From positions 11,098,001-11,162,000 of the forward strand of contig NC_092671.1 of the NCBI RefSeq assembly GCF_964355755.1: 64,000 nt of DNA. The letters run 5' to 3'. Within the stretch, counting starts at the first letter, position 1. The number at the start of each line of letters is the position of its first letter. Both the position numbers and the translations under genes were made by a program. Source of the DNA: Antedon mediterranea. Its lineage: Eukaryota > Animalia > Echinodermata. The notes beneath the pieces are model-generated. The model saw nothing but the letters and a program-made list of their open reading frames with translations, was not told the DNA's origin and did no database searches. This document shows, one piece after another, positions 36,801 to 50,223 of this stretch.

Positions 36801-39800
36801 GAAATACCAAACCCGCGCGAACAGACTCGACAATCGCCGGTGTGCCGCCTTCTTCTCGCTCTTCAAGATTTTTCAAGTAGGCGTGCGTATCACGTGTTAC
36901 CTGTTTGTAGAAAAATGTCTTTAAATGTCATTCTCATAACTGAAATAAATGTGTACGATATTTCTATTTCATTTTCAGGTCTGTATCTTTGAGTGATATG
37001 TTTGTTATTTTGGAATTTTTCTGTGTACACAGTTTCCAAAACAACAATAACACCATCTATAATGCCTTTTATACTTACGTATAGTACTGTACCCCCTCCG
37101 GCGACTGTCGGCACTGCATTGTTAAACATCCGTCTTTTTGCTATGAGTACACCTTAAATTAGAATAAAAAAAAGTAATGTAATAACGTTTTGAATATTGT
37201 AACTGCCGTTTGATGTGTTAAGCTTTGTTTACACTATCAAACTTTATGTGAAAAACAAAATGTGATGTGCTCATTATATGGACATGATGATGTTATATCA
37301 CTACCTGTACCATATTTGGGCACATCACACTTTTTTGTCACATAAAGTTTGAAGTTTAGACAAAGCTTTAAACTACTAGAAGACTACTTTTTTTAAGACC
37401 CGTCAATAATTAAACAAATAACTGCTTGCCTGGTGTTCCTGGTCCTCCAACAAATTTATGCGGAGATAGAAATATTGCATCTTTTGATAAATCTGGGTCA
37501 TTGCTGCAAAACAAAAATATATAGGCCCTACATTTAGCACAATTATACAAATCCCCTTTTTAACATCGATATTTATCGGCCAAATTGCGAGATCTACTTT
37601 AAAAAAACCAATGCAAGATTTACTGGGTTTAGTTTGACACCAGAAGCTTGGCGCGTGATGTGTTTAAATCACTAGCGTTAAATACTGCCAAAACACAGTG
37701 GAAAATACCCAAGTAAAGTAGATGCTGTTACGTGATATGCAACTTACAAATAAACTTATGCTTTAAAAAGTACGATTTATGCGACCAGACTCACGATAAG
37801 ACATTATTAGTTAACTTAAATATAACTTAAAGACATATTTAGGCTTATAACATCAAGTCACGAGAAAAGAAAATAATAACTTACATTTCCGGTATCGGAT
37901 TCATGTCAATGTCCAAATATGGCGCTGAAAGAAAAAGCAAATTTTAAAACATATTTATAAATATTATTTTTAAGCAAGCTAAACAACTATTTGCTTAGGT
38001 TTATTCATTATGAACTATTAATTCGGTCGTTCAATGCGCTTATCAACTTGCCTTTTCGATAATCTAAAGCTCTGTCCACACTATCAAACTTTATGTGATG
38101 TGCCCATATATGGACATGATGATGTCATATCGCTACCATATTTAGGCATATCACTACCATATTTAGGCACATCACACCTTTTTTTGTCAAACTAGTTTGA
38201 TAATGTAGACAGAACTTAACACATGCATTACGGGAAACAACCACATTGTATATCCATATGAATTGCGCAGTTAAAAAAAATGTGTTAGTGGGCAAAAACA
38301 AATCAATTCGGAAAATATTTAAAATGAATTGTTCTTACCAGCTGTGGCGTAATCCCAGAACGAGAGGGCACCGAATTCATGAAGTAGTGATGTTATAGCC
38401 AACGTGTCTGTCGTTATACCCGTAACGTTTGACGCAGCAGAAAAACAGCCAATCAGCAAGTTTGATGGATTTGAATTTTCCTGTTAAAAACAAATGTACG
38501 TATGTTAGTTTTTTCTTCTTTAAAAAACAGCCAAAACAATACAGTATCAAGATTATAATGATTATTATGGTGACGGGACGTTTTGCCGAACGCCATTTCG
38601 CCGACAGACTACTTGGCACAATGTCCGAGTACCATTATTAAAATACCTTGAGTAAGTTCCTAAGCTGTCTTGTGTCAATGGTTCCATGGATTGTATCTCG
38701 TATTCTCAACACCTGAATATTTAAAATAACAATTATTTAAACCATAAATACGTCTATTTTCACAAAGTACAATATTTGTCGAGGCTGGTTTAGAGGGGTG
38801 TACGCGGCCCTCAAATTAACCCCTTTTCTACCAGCTTTGTTTCTCAATACCGTATATTTTACACAATGCTAAATAAACATGATCAATTAAATTACCGTTG
38901 CACCGGCTTCTTTCCATGGGAGAATGTTCGAATGATGCTCATATGGGCCGACGAATACTATCTAAATAAAAGATGAAAAAAATAAAAAAAATAAAATTTC
39001 GACCAATTTTCAATGTATGTTTACACATGCAACTTAGGCCTTAAGTTTATAGAGATAACACCACATAGGATCTAAGCCGGAACAAGTCCAAATATAGAAG
39101 ATTATTATAGTCGGGACATTTAGTGGCTTACCGTTTTCTTGGCTGGTCTTTCTTTGATTTCAAGCACGCCAACTAACTTGTGTATTGCACCTGTTGTTCC
39201 ACTACCACTAAATATCAACACATCTTCGTCACTTGCATTTACGTTTCGTTTGATAATTTCTCTGTAAATATAAATTCAATTTAGATTATATTTACCTTTT
39301 TTTTTGTGCAGCTGTGGTTCACTATTTGGATGAGGTGTAAATAGGCCTATATTACACCCAATTCCCGTATGATTGTGTCTAGAAATAATAACCTATACGG
39401 AGAACATGGAGTTTCTTGTCTCCTCCTGAATATGTAATTTAATGGGATTACAATACAAGAGATCCCTCTAGCCCAATGATGACTGAATGATCTTTGGTGG
39501 AATTGTGAACCTACCTTGCTTCCTCTCGAAAGCGCGTCGTTTGTCTTGCCATAAAATTAGTTGTCGTATGTGTGTTGGCATATAGAGGATAAACGTGTTC
39601 GTTGATGTAATTTTCAATAAACCGTAAAGGTCTGTGGAAATAATTATGAAAGAATAACTACATAATACTTTCAAAATTAACTACAGTAGAATTCAACTGT
39701 TATAAAACTGTCCCACAACCATAAACGATCTTTAGATAAACTGACTATTTTTATTGTTTTTACCTTTTCATGAAAATGCGGTTTCACACAGTACACCGTA

Positions 39801-42800
39801 CCTTACTCAACTAATTTAACATTAGTTCAATAAAACATTGTAAAGCACAATAAACTGTTTTATAACATTTATTAAATTGTATAAATCTTACCTGCCTGAA
39901 GCTGTGTAGTCACAATATGTTGCTGGAAAAAACAATTGGACACAATCATGTTTACAAACATACAATAATTCAATAATATATCGATGAAATTATAATTTAT
40001 ATACCGTATTTATTCGAGGGAGTGGCGGCGTTTATTTAATTTTTTTGGGGGTTCAATATTGTTACATGTATAATCAATAAATTCTCCCTAGATATGACAA
40101 AAATGAATACAACATAATTAATTTTTTTGATAAAATATACAGTTAAAAGTGTATCAAAATGCTTAGAAAATTGTAAATCACGGAAGTCAATGAATTCTAC
40201 AAATAGAAATGTGATGTCGAGGCGTTTATTTATTTATTTTTTTTTATTTCAGAACATTTATTTCTCTTTTCTTTTCTATGTACATGAGAGTTTGTGATAA
40301 ACAAATTGTATATGTAAGCTTTCAATCACATATTAAAATTTGGATTTAGACGTTTTTAAAGGATAATACCCATATGTGATTATTCTCTCAACATTATCAC
40401 GTATAGGCCTAATCGGTTCTTTATAATCTGGCAAATAAGTAAATTTCTTAGATAATATAGTTAATCCCATCGTTATTAATTTGGTATTAGCATCAATATG
40501 TGACAGTTGTTTTGATTTTGTGTTCTATACGAATACGGTATATAGGCCTAGTCCTACAATAGTACAAATAAATCCTATCCAGTTATCTGTCAACGATGTG
40601 GGGTGGGGATCCACAGCCATTGTCTGCAAGAACTGTTGTTAAAGGTACGGTATATAGGCCTACAAATAAATCAAATCCAATTATCTGTCAACGATGTGGG
40701 GATGGGGATCCACAGCCATTGTCTGCAAGAACTTTTAAACGTACGGTATATAGGCCTGGCCTACAAATAAATCCTATCCAGTTATCTGTCAATGATGATG
40801 TGGGGTGGGGATCCACAGCCATTGTCTGCAAGAACTGTTAAAGGTACGGTATATAGGCCTACAAATAAATCCAATCCAGTTATCTGTCAACGATGTAGGG
40901 TGGGGATCCACAAACATTGTCTGCAAGAACTGTTAAAGGTACGGTATATAGGCCTACAACTAAATCCAATCCACTTATAATCTGTCAACGATGTGGGGTG
41001 GAGATCCACAGCCATTGTCTGCAAGAACTGTTAAAGGTCCAAGAACATTAATCAATGTATACAATCCGGGTTACAATCCCTGTTGATTTTTATATGAGCA
41101 AAAAATAAAAACAAACAAACAAACAAAGTTACATGGAAGATTAACCCTTCGGATGCTGGCATCTATTACACAAGGAAGGACAGCATCATGCACTTTGCAC
41201 TGACGTGATGGTATGTACAGTTAAAATAGATACAGTTAGTTCCATAAACTACCCGGGGGAGTGTGGGTGATGTTGGCCTAACATTTAGCATGTAAAATCC
41301 ACGTTGAACCGATATTGTTATTGAAATAGTGTTTTGTTCAGATCTTTAATGGATTAAACCCGTTAGTTCATGTAAGCCTCATTAATTGCCAATAAGATGT
41401 TTTAATTCCCAACAAAACTGAGAAATGTTATTCCATATATTATTGTAGATCATCTTTTATATTTATTTACATATTGCAAAAATCGTTTGCTTATTCGTAT
41501 GTATTTTTATTCACATAAACGTAATGTAAAATGTAATGTTGTGATGTACCCTAAACAAAATAAATAAAATGCTTGTCATAAATTTAATTAACCGCAGTGG
41601 CCTTAGTTACCCTTAAAAGAAACTACAATATTCATTGTAGGCCTACATTTTGAACATTATTAATGTTTTTAGTTTTTCACATACAGTAAATTATGGCAAT
41701 GTCAACATTCGTTTATATGATTCTATTTTTAAAACGTAAATTATTATTAGAGCATTCTGGCGTAATAAACTCTCTCTCTCATTGTAGATATATAAGTACC
41801 TGTTGATTGGTTAGATCCAGAACAGAACATGTTTTTTATTTACCTATCCCCTCTACAAGCCTGACACACAACCTTTGATTCAAATTAAATTTATAAATGT
41901 ATATTACTATCCTAAATAAATCGGTTTACAGTTACACGTCCTCACGGATCGAGAAGCAGTGTCTCCACAGACCGAAGTAAGGCTAGAAGATAAATATCAA
42001 TTTTGAGATGAATTGCCAGTTGTCTGACAATGTTTTGTATCTGAACATTCCACATAAAACGCCTAAAAATGTTGTAAAATGTGTTGTAACTTTTAATTTA
42101 AATCTCTTGTGGTTTTTTTTAGTAATCTAGTTCTTGAAATAAATCAATACTATTTTATATGTTGATCCCGGTTGTTTCAACTTAATTTAACGTGTTCCTG
42201 GACGATATTCAATTTTAAAAATATTCAACAATGTGTATGTATCTGGGTCTTCCTGTCAGGTGTATGAGTTCGACGTTGGGTTTGGAGTGGATTTAGAGGA
42301 AACGAGAACTTGATTGTTGTTTTCACGTCTCCTTGATTTTAATTTAAAATGCGACTATACAGCACGTCAGTGTTAGAAATTGGAACATATTTGGTTATTT
42401 TGCTGTGTTTGGACTCGCTAGAAAAACAATATGCACCCTTGGTTATTCCGGTAGAGATGCCACGCATGCAGTAATTGGAAATAAGAATTTTATGCGTCAG
42501 TATTCATCAAATCAGCCCTCGCCTTGCCCATATCAGATCTCTTGTGTCGCTCACGTAAACTTTACACGATTCGTTATGCAATTAAGCTTTCTTTTAACAT
42601 ACAAAACGACTTAACATAGTCGTCAATAGGATAGAAGCATTATCGTGATAGACGCTGCGTTTCTGGTCAAAATGATCTTGGCGAACTGCGTAAGTTAGAC
42701 CAACAGAACGCATCGCGTTTCAGTGTGGCTAACCATTAGTTACAAGCTATTCTCAATCGTTATAACATTTCAACGTATTAGTGTAGCTTAAATGCCTATT

Positions 42801-45800
42801 AACTGGACACTATTGGTGGTGATTATGAAATTAAGTGTCATCTTTGCGTGAGGAACAAAATAGTCTTAAGGGACCAAACCCAAACCCCGTGTCATCATAT
42901 CAACTTTTTCAAAGGTTATTTTCATTAATTCTATTAGGCTTTTCTCTCAAACATTGTGTTATTCGTATAGCTATGATGAACTATTCTAGTGATTTCTGTA
43001 AGTAGTGTTTGATATGGCCTAAAGTTCACTCAATTACTTACTTATTAAAGTTTGGAGAACCGTTTGAAGTGGTCTGATCTATTTCTAGAAACGGCAGAAC
43101 TTTATTTGATATTTGAATTTTCTCTAAACTATACAGGGAGTTGTAAAATAAGGTCTAATTAAATAACATTTATCTCTAGAAATTACGTAAGCATGTGTTT
43201 GATATCTTATAATCTTCTCAACTCAATTTTTCTATCACAGGTGGATGACCTTTACATTTCTCTCTAATATATATACAGTATCTATTTTCAGTTTAAATGT
43301 ATTGTGTAAAAAGTTACTACTGTATAAAAAAAAAACATTTGTCATTGACATCTTTTATTTTATCACAGTATTCCTTTGTAATGTCATTTTGGTTATTGAA
43401 AGTAGAAAATGTTCTCTAACAGATATAATGCACTATAATGAACCAATGAACTTAAATTGTCTAGCAACAAAAATAGGTCAATTTGTGTCATGATGGGGGA
43501 AATGGGTCACATTAGGTTAATTGATATCAAGAAGCGGTCTCACGAGCTTCGTGAACCAATCTACGTTTGGTGAAGAGTAAAAAGAGTTATCATGTTGTAT
43601 CGTAGGCTACATATATTTAATACTGTATATGTATATTTTTTTAAAACTCTTCGTTGAGAGTGCTTAACGGGTGCAAGAATGTTCCTTTCTTTTCTCATAC
43701 GCATCAACAGCGAGCAACTCAGCAATTACAGGATGGATACATTATTACAATTTATAAACTAAGTCTCATTTGAAGCGTATAGGGACTGGAGTTGGAAGAG
43801 TCGTGAGTTCAATCCTGACACTATGTCAGGATTGGACACCTGGCACTAGATCAGGATTGAACCCCGGACCTTGGAAAAGGCAAGCACGTCAGCCACCAAG
43901 ACAGCCTCACTACAATGTTAACTCTTTTAAATATTATTATTAATAATAATATCATGTCCCGACAGTCATACAGGGGATGTATTCTATAAACTGTTTACTT
44001 TAATTATTAAATGCTAGATGGTACGCTCGCTTTTCGCTCGCGTACCATCTAGTTCGTGCCCACAGATGGTTCTCGAATACATAGTAATTTCAGCGTAAAA
44101 AAACTGGCGATTTCAAATGTACGTACGGCAGGACTATAAAACATTGTCGTTTACAGAAACAAATAAATAGACACAATGATTTATGTAGTCAACCAAAATT
44201 AGCACCTAGAAACTTGTCACAAAATGAGTCGACATTTGTTATTTGGACTCAATTAAACAAACCCAATTTTGTTAAATTATTCTTTATATTTCCTTATTAT
44301 CCAATCAGTAACGAAATATTTTTTTTATAGGCCTATAAATAATATACCACTAAATAGAGTAAAACATTTCCGATTTAATACTTTATTAAAACTGTCACTG
44401 TCTCATGGTCGATTGAAATAGTAAAGTACATTTAAAGACCACTAATACGTTTATATTTTTGTAATTATTAATTAATACAAACGTTGAGAAACAACTGACA
44501 GTAATAAAGTATTATATTATTATGTGTTTATAATCTAAAAGTAGGGGCTATCCCACACTCACAGTAATAAAGTTTATTAATATATTTGTTTATATTATAT
44601 CTAACAGTACCAACACACTTTTGATTCAAATGGCGATCAAAAGTGGTTAATACCTATTTGCAGTATTGTATAGCATTACAATACTATTTCTGTTTATTCT
44701 CCAAGGGTCTATAAATTTACCTACTTGTGTTAAACCATCTCGAGCTGTTCAACCGGTTTTCAGCCATTAAAAACAGTTATCGTAGGAGGAGATAGGAAAA
44801 TGCGAAGCATCCTCGTATTATTGTATGCGGGTATTTTTCACGATGGACATGTATTAGACAGTGTATACCACGATCGGAAAACAACCCTATTTGGGGAAAA
44901 TCGGTGAACCTAAATTAGTTTTAATTGTCAATAACTAATTATCTGACTCAATTTAATTAGTAAACAGGGTTACATCAGGTGGCTAAAATCAGTACCGAAT
45001 GTACGAACCAACTTTATATACCATCGAGTAAACATTCTAGAAGTAACGCGCGATTTACCGAATTTTGCCCTTACGTAAATTTATATATAGGCCTAGATAC
45101 TCATCATTGAAAGACAAAATGTGGTGCAGAAAATGTGCGTATTCACTTGGCCCACTTATATATACAGTATACAACGTTTATTTTATAATCTTATAACAAT
45201 AATCTATCTTATCAATGTCACGTTGACATTATTTTGATTGGTCAGAACACCTGTACTAATTATAATAATAACAGTTCATTCTTATATAGCGCATAATAAG
45301 CAAGCTCTCAATGCGCTGAATATTATTACCCCAGTCATTGTTTGGATCAAACATACTCCTATAATGCCAGCTAGTAATCAGCGCAAAGTTGTGTCTTGAT
45401 CTAACCGGGTTCCCATTTATACACCTGGGTGGAGAGAGGAAAACGTAAGTAAGTATCTTGACTAAGGATACAAGCAATGCGGCGAGAGTTGGATTCGAAC
45501 CTCGATCTCACGATCAGTCGAACGTCCAACACACTGCGCCACACACCATCACAATAATTAGTGTGAAACTAAATTCAAATGATGACCAAACGTTTATATT
45601 GAAAACAAACCAGCCACGACTGATTTTTCTTTAAATTAAATTAACAACTTAATCAAGATTTGTATCAGACGGTCCGGATTCGAGAATCATATTTTTCCTA
45701 CTATAGGCCTACTCTCTGAACACTTGATTGATGAAAATATCAAACATAAAGTATGTGTATTGTTTTCTAGGCTTATTATTATTATTCTATATGCAGCTTT

Positions 45801-48746
45801 AAATACCATTCCGTTGATAAATACCAGGCCTGTCAAATTATTTGAAAGCAAAATAGCTGCTCTCGTCAGAATACTGTAATATCCCTTGAAATCCCAATCA
45901 CCCGCGAACGCCAACGTTGTTCGCGTAACGAAGTGACTCGACCCGTATAATAAACCCTGCTCGCCTTCTCATCTATTACTGGAATTCGAAACATTTCATT
46001 ACATCACTATCAAAAGTCTAGCTCTAATGTTTGAATCACTCTAGTCATCTGGTGGTCTAGGAAAACACCATATAATAAACAAAATAAGTATGGCATAAGT
46101 GACCACCCTAAATCGGAGCACCATGGTGTCCCTATAAAAACATCGAACATATATCAACACCCTTCACAGACTGTCATACCAAATTGCCGTCGAACATTTT
46201 GATCGTTTACCCATAGACGAATGATTGACGGACTTTATTAACTGCATTGACAATTGGCGGAAAATTGACAGTTAGAGTTTACATTGCATAATTAAGATTG
46301 GCGGTTCGTTTGGAACCGCACAAATCGACACTGGTTTAAACAATGAGATAGATGGTAGAATTTTAAGATTTACGGTATTTAACACTGAGACTAAAAATGT
46401 TGTAGTTCCATACAAAATACGCATTATGTTGTATATAATTGTTAAAAGGACATCAAACTTATCAAACGCAGTTGTCTTTAGGCCTATTACAAACACTGTA
46501 ATAATAATAAACACATAGTTTTCATTGGGGTCCTAACAAAGTGTGAACATTAAAAATAACAATTAAAAAAACAACCGAGGCAAAAAACACACCTTCGAAG
46601 ACTTGGAGTTTATGTGTTACCTTAACCGGTTGCGATTTAAAAAGTACATGTAGATAGATATTATATTATTATTTATATATATAGTTAATGATATGTTATT
46701 TGTTATATTATGTTACTTAAAGTAATCATAAACGTGGTGGGTCTCAGCCTCGGGCTGTCAGTGAGGCCGCAGACGTCACCAGGCGGGAGGTGCTTATAAC
46801 CCGATTTGCACGGCTGTGGTTAAACAACCGTGGATCTATAAAATGTATTTCAATAAACAATTAAGAAAAGTATGTATAACTGGATCTATATTGCATTCAC
46901 AAGAAATTGAATTAAACATTGCTATTTAATTGAAGATTGGCAATACCATGAAGTTTAGGCCTAATCATTTTTCTCATCGGGTAGGTCTATCCCGGGAGTC
47001 TATCATATTTCCCCCCTCCCCTTCACCAAATAGAAAAGTCATGTGTAGGCCTAATATTTATTAAGTATCGTACATTAACTGAGTATACCAGCCTGACTTG
47101 GCCTATTATAATGATGTGTAGGCCTATTTGAGCAGGAAACATGTTCATGATGTGATTGTGATGTGAGTGATAGCATGAGTGCCACCAGACAATTCTATTA
47201 ATATAAATCATGTTTCTATTTTGACATCTACGTTGGCCTACCTCTCGCGAAAACAAACTTTCCTATTTGTCGGTTATCGACGTAAATTATTGTTACTATC
47301 ATTAATGTACAGGCACATAACAGATAAAGGTGTGAGAATAAGAAAATGCCGCCCAACCGTACTCAGAACCTCATGAATTTAACTTGTATTTAATAGGCGT
47401 GCACAGTCTTTGACGTTGAAGCGGAGAAATATATGACAACTAGGCTCCAAAACACATATATCGTGGCGTCTTAGTGATCTTATACAAGCCGTCAACTTTG
47501 ATTAATTTAATATTAGTATGTGTTGACAGAAATAGAAAATAGTAAACAAAACAATAATTGTTTACAAGTTGAAAATATTTTTTAAAAACGTATACGTTAA
47601 GGATTGTGGAATGTTGGCATTGTTGCTATGGTAACGTGTGAAAGTATTTAAGTTCATGTGAGATAAAATCCTAAAATAGAATAAAGTTAAGCTTTTAATA
47701 CTGTAAGAATGATTTACTTAATTAAGATTTTATTTGCATAAATATTTTACTTCTTTATGAAGTGCTACTTAGTGATTCTAAAAATAAATTCCCACCATAA
47801 TTTACACGGTGTGTTCTTTTTTACAATAAGCCTATACTATAGTCAAACTCCAGTCGCAGTGATTAATTAATTAAGGGTGTAAAATAACGTTCTAATTCAA
47901 TCAGCCATCTTAAGGCTCATTTATTTGTAGGCCTCATTTCAACTGTATCGAGTTGGTGCCGCTTAACAAGTTTTTGTTATTGGTATATCAACCTTAACGA
48001 ACTAATAATAAAACGTGTTTGAGGAAACAAAAAACAAATACAATGCGAATTAGAAACATTGTGTTCGTCTTTAGTATGAAAAGGCGTTCAGTGATATTAA
48101 TTCCAATGAATTTAAGTTACTTAAAGAAAGGAGGAAATCTAAAATACAAAAGTAGACTATTTATGTATTAATTAGGGCAGCGACATTATTCAACTCTCGT
48201 AAGTTCTCAAGTAAGTAAGTTCTCTGTTTACATTAGTTTATTTCACCATCAATTCTAGCCTAGAATTGTTTTTTAAAAATTCTAACATCTTGATAAACTC
48301 TAAAATTGCACCAAATAACTCAACTTCCTAAACATGATATACATTTTGCAATTAAGTTTACCTGTTCTTTCTCCAAATGGTCCTCGGAAACAAACTCCAT
48401 TACCAATCGTGTTGTTTTCAATATATCTTAAGAGTTGTTCTGAAGACGATGGTGTCACTTTATCCTTTTCAGTAGTTTTGCCGAAGTCTTTTACGATATC
48501 GTCCATCAACTCTTCATCATTGTTGGAGGTATAGCTTCCGTCGTTGCTGCTGCATACAGAGCTTCGATCACAGCCACTTATTCCTGAAGATGTACTTGAT
48601 CGTCTTCTGCCTCCTGATATAGAGAAGTTACCACCATCCTCTAAAATGTCATCGCCAGTGTCACGTAGTTTTTCCATCGCTCTTTCCTGAGAAATATTTC
48701 GTCTGCTCCGTAGCTCTGTAACTGTTGGTGTGATGTGCTCTTCCAT
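33837..48746 (-). CDS. Aminotransferase class V / cysteine desulfurase-like (SufS/CsdA-related) protein, ~19 coding exons, first intron ~8.4 kb (39923-48361)
   Basis: Motifs in order: GPFGER|ATYCDYTASGR, YANTHT, GSGTTGAI, VGPYEHHSNILPW, FSAASNVTG, FWDYATAAPY, the PLP lysine in FLSPHKFVGGPGTPG, REEGGTPAI, LLNDLYGVQVRSGCACAGPYAQ and KPGFTRFNLPYF. Confidence 0.92.
34404..34548. mobile_element. Harbinger-type MITE, family B
   Basis: Degenerate TIRs with TAA flanks. Confidence 0.75.
37221..37367. mobile_element. Harbinger-type MITE, family B
   Basis: AGCTTTGTTTACAC…GTTTAGACAAAGCT with TTA flanks. Confidence 0.78.
38068..38216. mobile_element. Harbinger-type MITE, family B
   Basis: AGCTCTGTCCACACTATC…GATAATGTAGACAGAACT with TAA flanks. 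Confidence 0.8.
40534..41040 (+). repeat. ~95-110 bp tandem repeat, 5 copies, each carrying an exon-like C-x2-C-x4-H-x2-C cassette
   Basis: Unit TACGGTATATAGGCCTACAAATAAATCCAATCCAG|TTATCTGTCAACGATGTGGGGTGGGGATCCACAGCCATTGTCTGCAAGAACTGTTAAAG|G. Confidence 0.93.
45256..45550 (-). mobile_element. tRNA-derived SINE
   Basis: The minus strand shows an A-box-like TGGCGCAGTGTG, a B box GGTTCGAATCC, a central CCACCCAGGTGTATAAATGGG motif typical of invertebrate SINE cores, and a LINE-like tail (GCGCTATATAAG…TTATTAT). Confidence 0.8.
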
Positions 48747-48954
48747 GTTAACGCTCGTCGTATTAAAAAAAGTCTGCTTGATTAACAACGCGGATGCTCG
48801 TTTTTATATCCATTTTTCTATTATCTTATCTTTTCTATTACATAATGATTAACTCGACGTTATCAATATTATCCACTTGTGAGACATAATGTGCGATTAC
48901 TCACCGGTTTACTCCGGACTTTTTAAAACTCCACTGTGTCGCCACTGTTCCACC

Positions 48955-49560
48955 ACGTTAATGAATATTCATGAGCTAGTCACCAATCAGATTGTGTTAC
49001 TTGACTAAAGTTCTATATCACAATGGGATACGACTTCTTCTCTTAATTTTTAAATAATTTGTTGAGTAGCCCTTTGTATATAAAATGTAGGCCCATTTTG
49101 CAATCAATTATGTATTTGTGTTGTACAATATTATTCACCGATTTAGGCTAAGTTGGAAAAAAATAAACAGATTTTGAAACTAACTCCACTGCGTTTCTAC
49201 TTTCGTTAGTGAATATTCATGAACCAAATATTTGTTATCTAAGTTCTGATGTTTGTCTTAACAAATATTTACCGTGGACACTGTGACGTCAAGTTAAAAA
49301 ACTTCCTGTGTCTTTATAAGGCCGATATTTGAATTTGATGCTTTTGAACTTATCATGAAGTGAAATATTGTTTCTACTTTCGTTAATGAATATTCATGAA
49401 TCAAGTGTTGTTTTTGTTATCTAAGTTCTGATGTTTGTCATAATAAATATTTACCGTGGACACGGTGACGTCGAGTTAAAACTCCCCATGTCTATATAAA
49501 TCCGATATTTGAATTTGATGCCTATGTTATAACCTACATGACGTGAAGTATTGTTTCTAT
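48955..49560. promoter_or_regulatory. Tandemly duplicated upstream module of the desulfurase-like gene
   Basis: ~180-bp direct repeat (~49194-49370 and ~49372-49560). (A/G)TGAATATTCATGA occurs three times (~48961, 49210, 49386) and TGACGTCA lies at 49284-49291. Confidence 0.6.
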
Positions 49561-50223
49561 TTTTTGATGAATAAAATTGTGGCGTCACATCATTAATACA
49601 ACATTGCACTATTATCTCAACTTTTGTACCCAAATTATCCTTATCGAAATAAGGTGACCTCGACGATACGTGCGACGAAAAAAAAACATCCGGATCAAGC
49701 AACTATAGGCTACTGAAGGTAATACTAACAATATAAATAATAACGTCATAATTTGGACCCTGTTTATAGAGACAGTTTTTATTTTAAATCTTATAAATAG
49801 AGATCTTAAGTTAGTATAGGTTTTAGTCAAATATTTTGATGATTACTGTGCTAAAATGTATTTAACTTTCCGACAGTTCTAGGACCTACATATGTCAATA
49901 TAGCTCAGTGGGAGAGAAACATACATTCTTTTTATTAGCAAATCAAAACCACTTGATGGGTTTTCTACGCTAGGCAAAACGGGATAGAGATCCTTAATAA
50001 ACCACAGTATGTTGTGGTATAAACTGGTCGCGTTTATTTGGGCATTAAACTAGTTTTTGACGTATAAATATTCTATGGCATTTTTTTTCATAACAACACA
50101 ATGAATTACAACTATACAAACACGATTTGTTATACCATTGCGTTTATACAATGTTAACACATATATCTCCTTGTACCCGCCCCAATACATATCCTTCAAT
50201 ACAGTTATTCTTGGCTAAATTGA

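Noticed and set aside
42868-43512. Possible TTAA-type transposon
   Set aside because: The terminal inverted similarity is too weak to support by eye.
43795-43910. tRNA-like B boxes in opposite orientations with a short hairpin
   Set aside because: No cloverleaf can be built, so these are most likely decayed SINE heads.
45480-45550. tRNA gene
   Set aside because: A and B boxes are present, but there is no full cloverleaf and the sequence continues into a SINE body.
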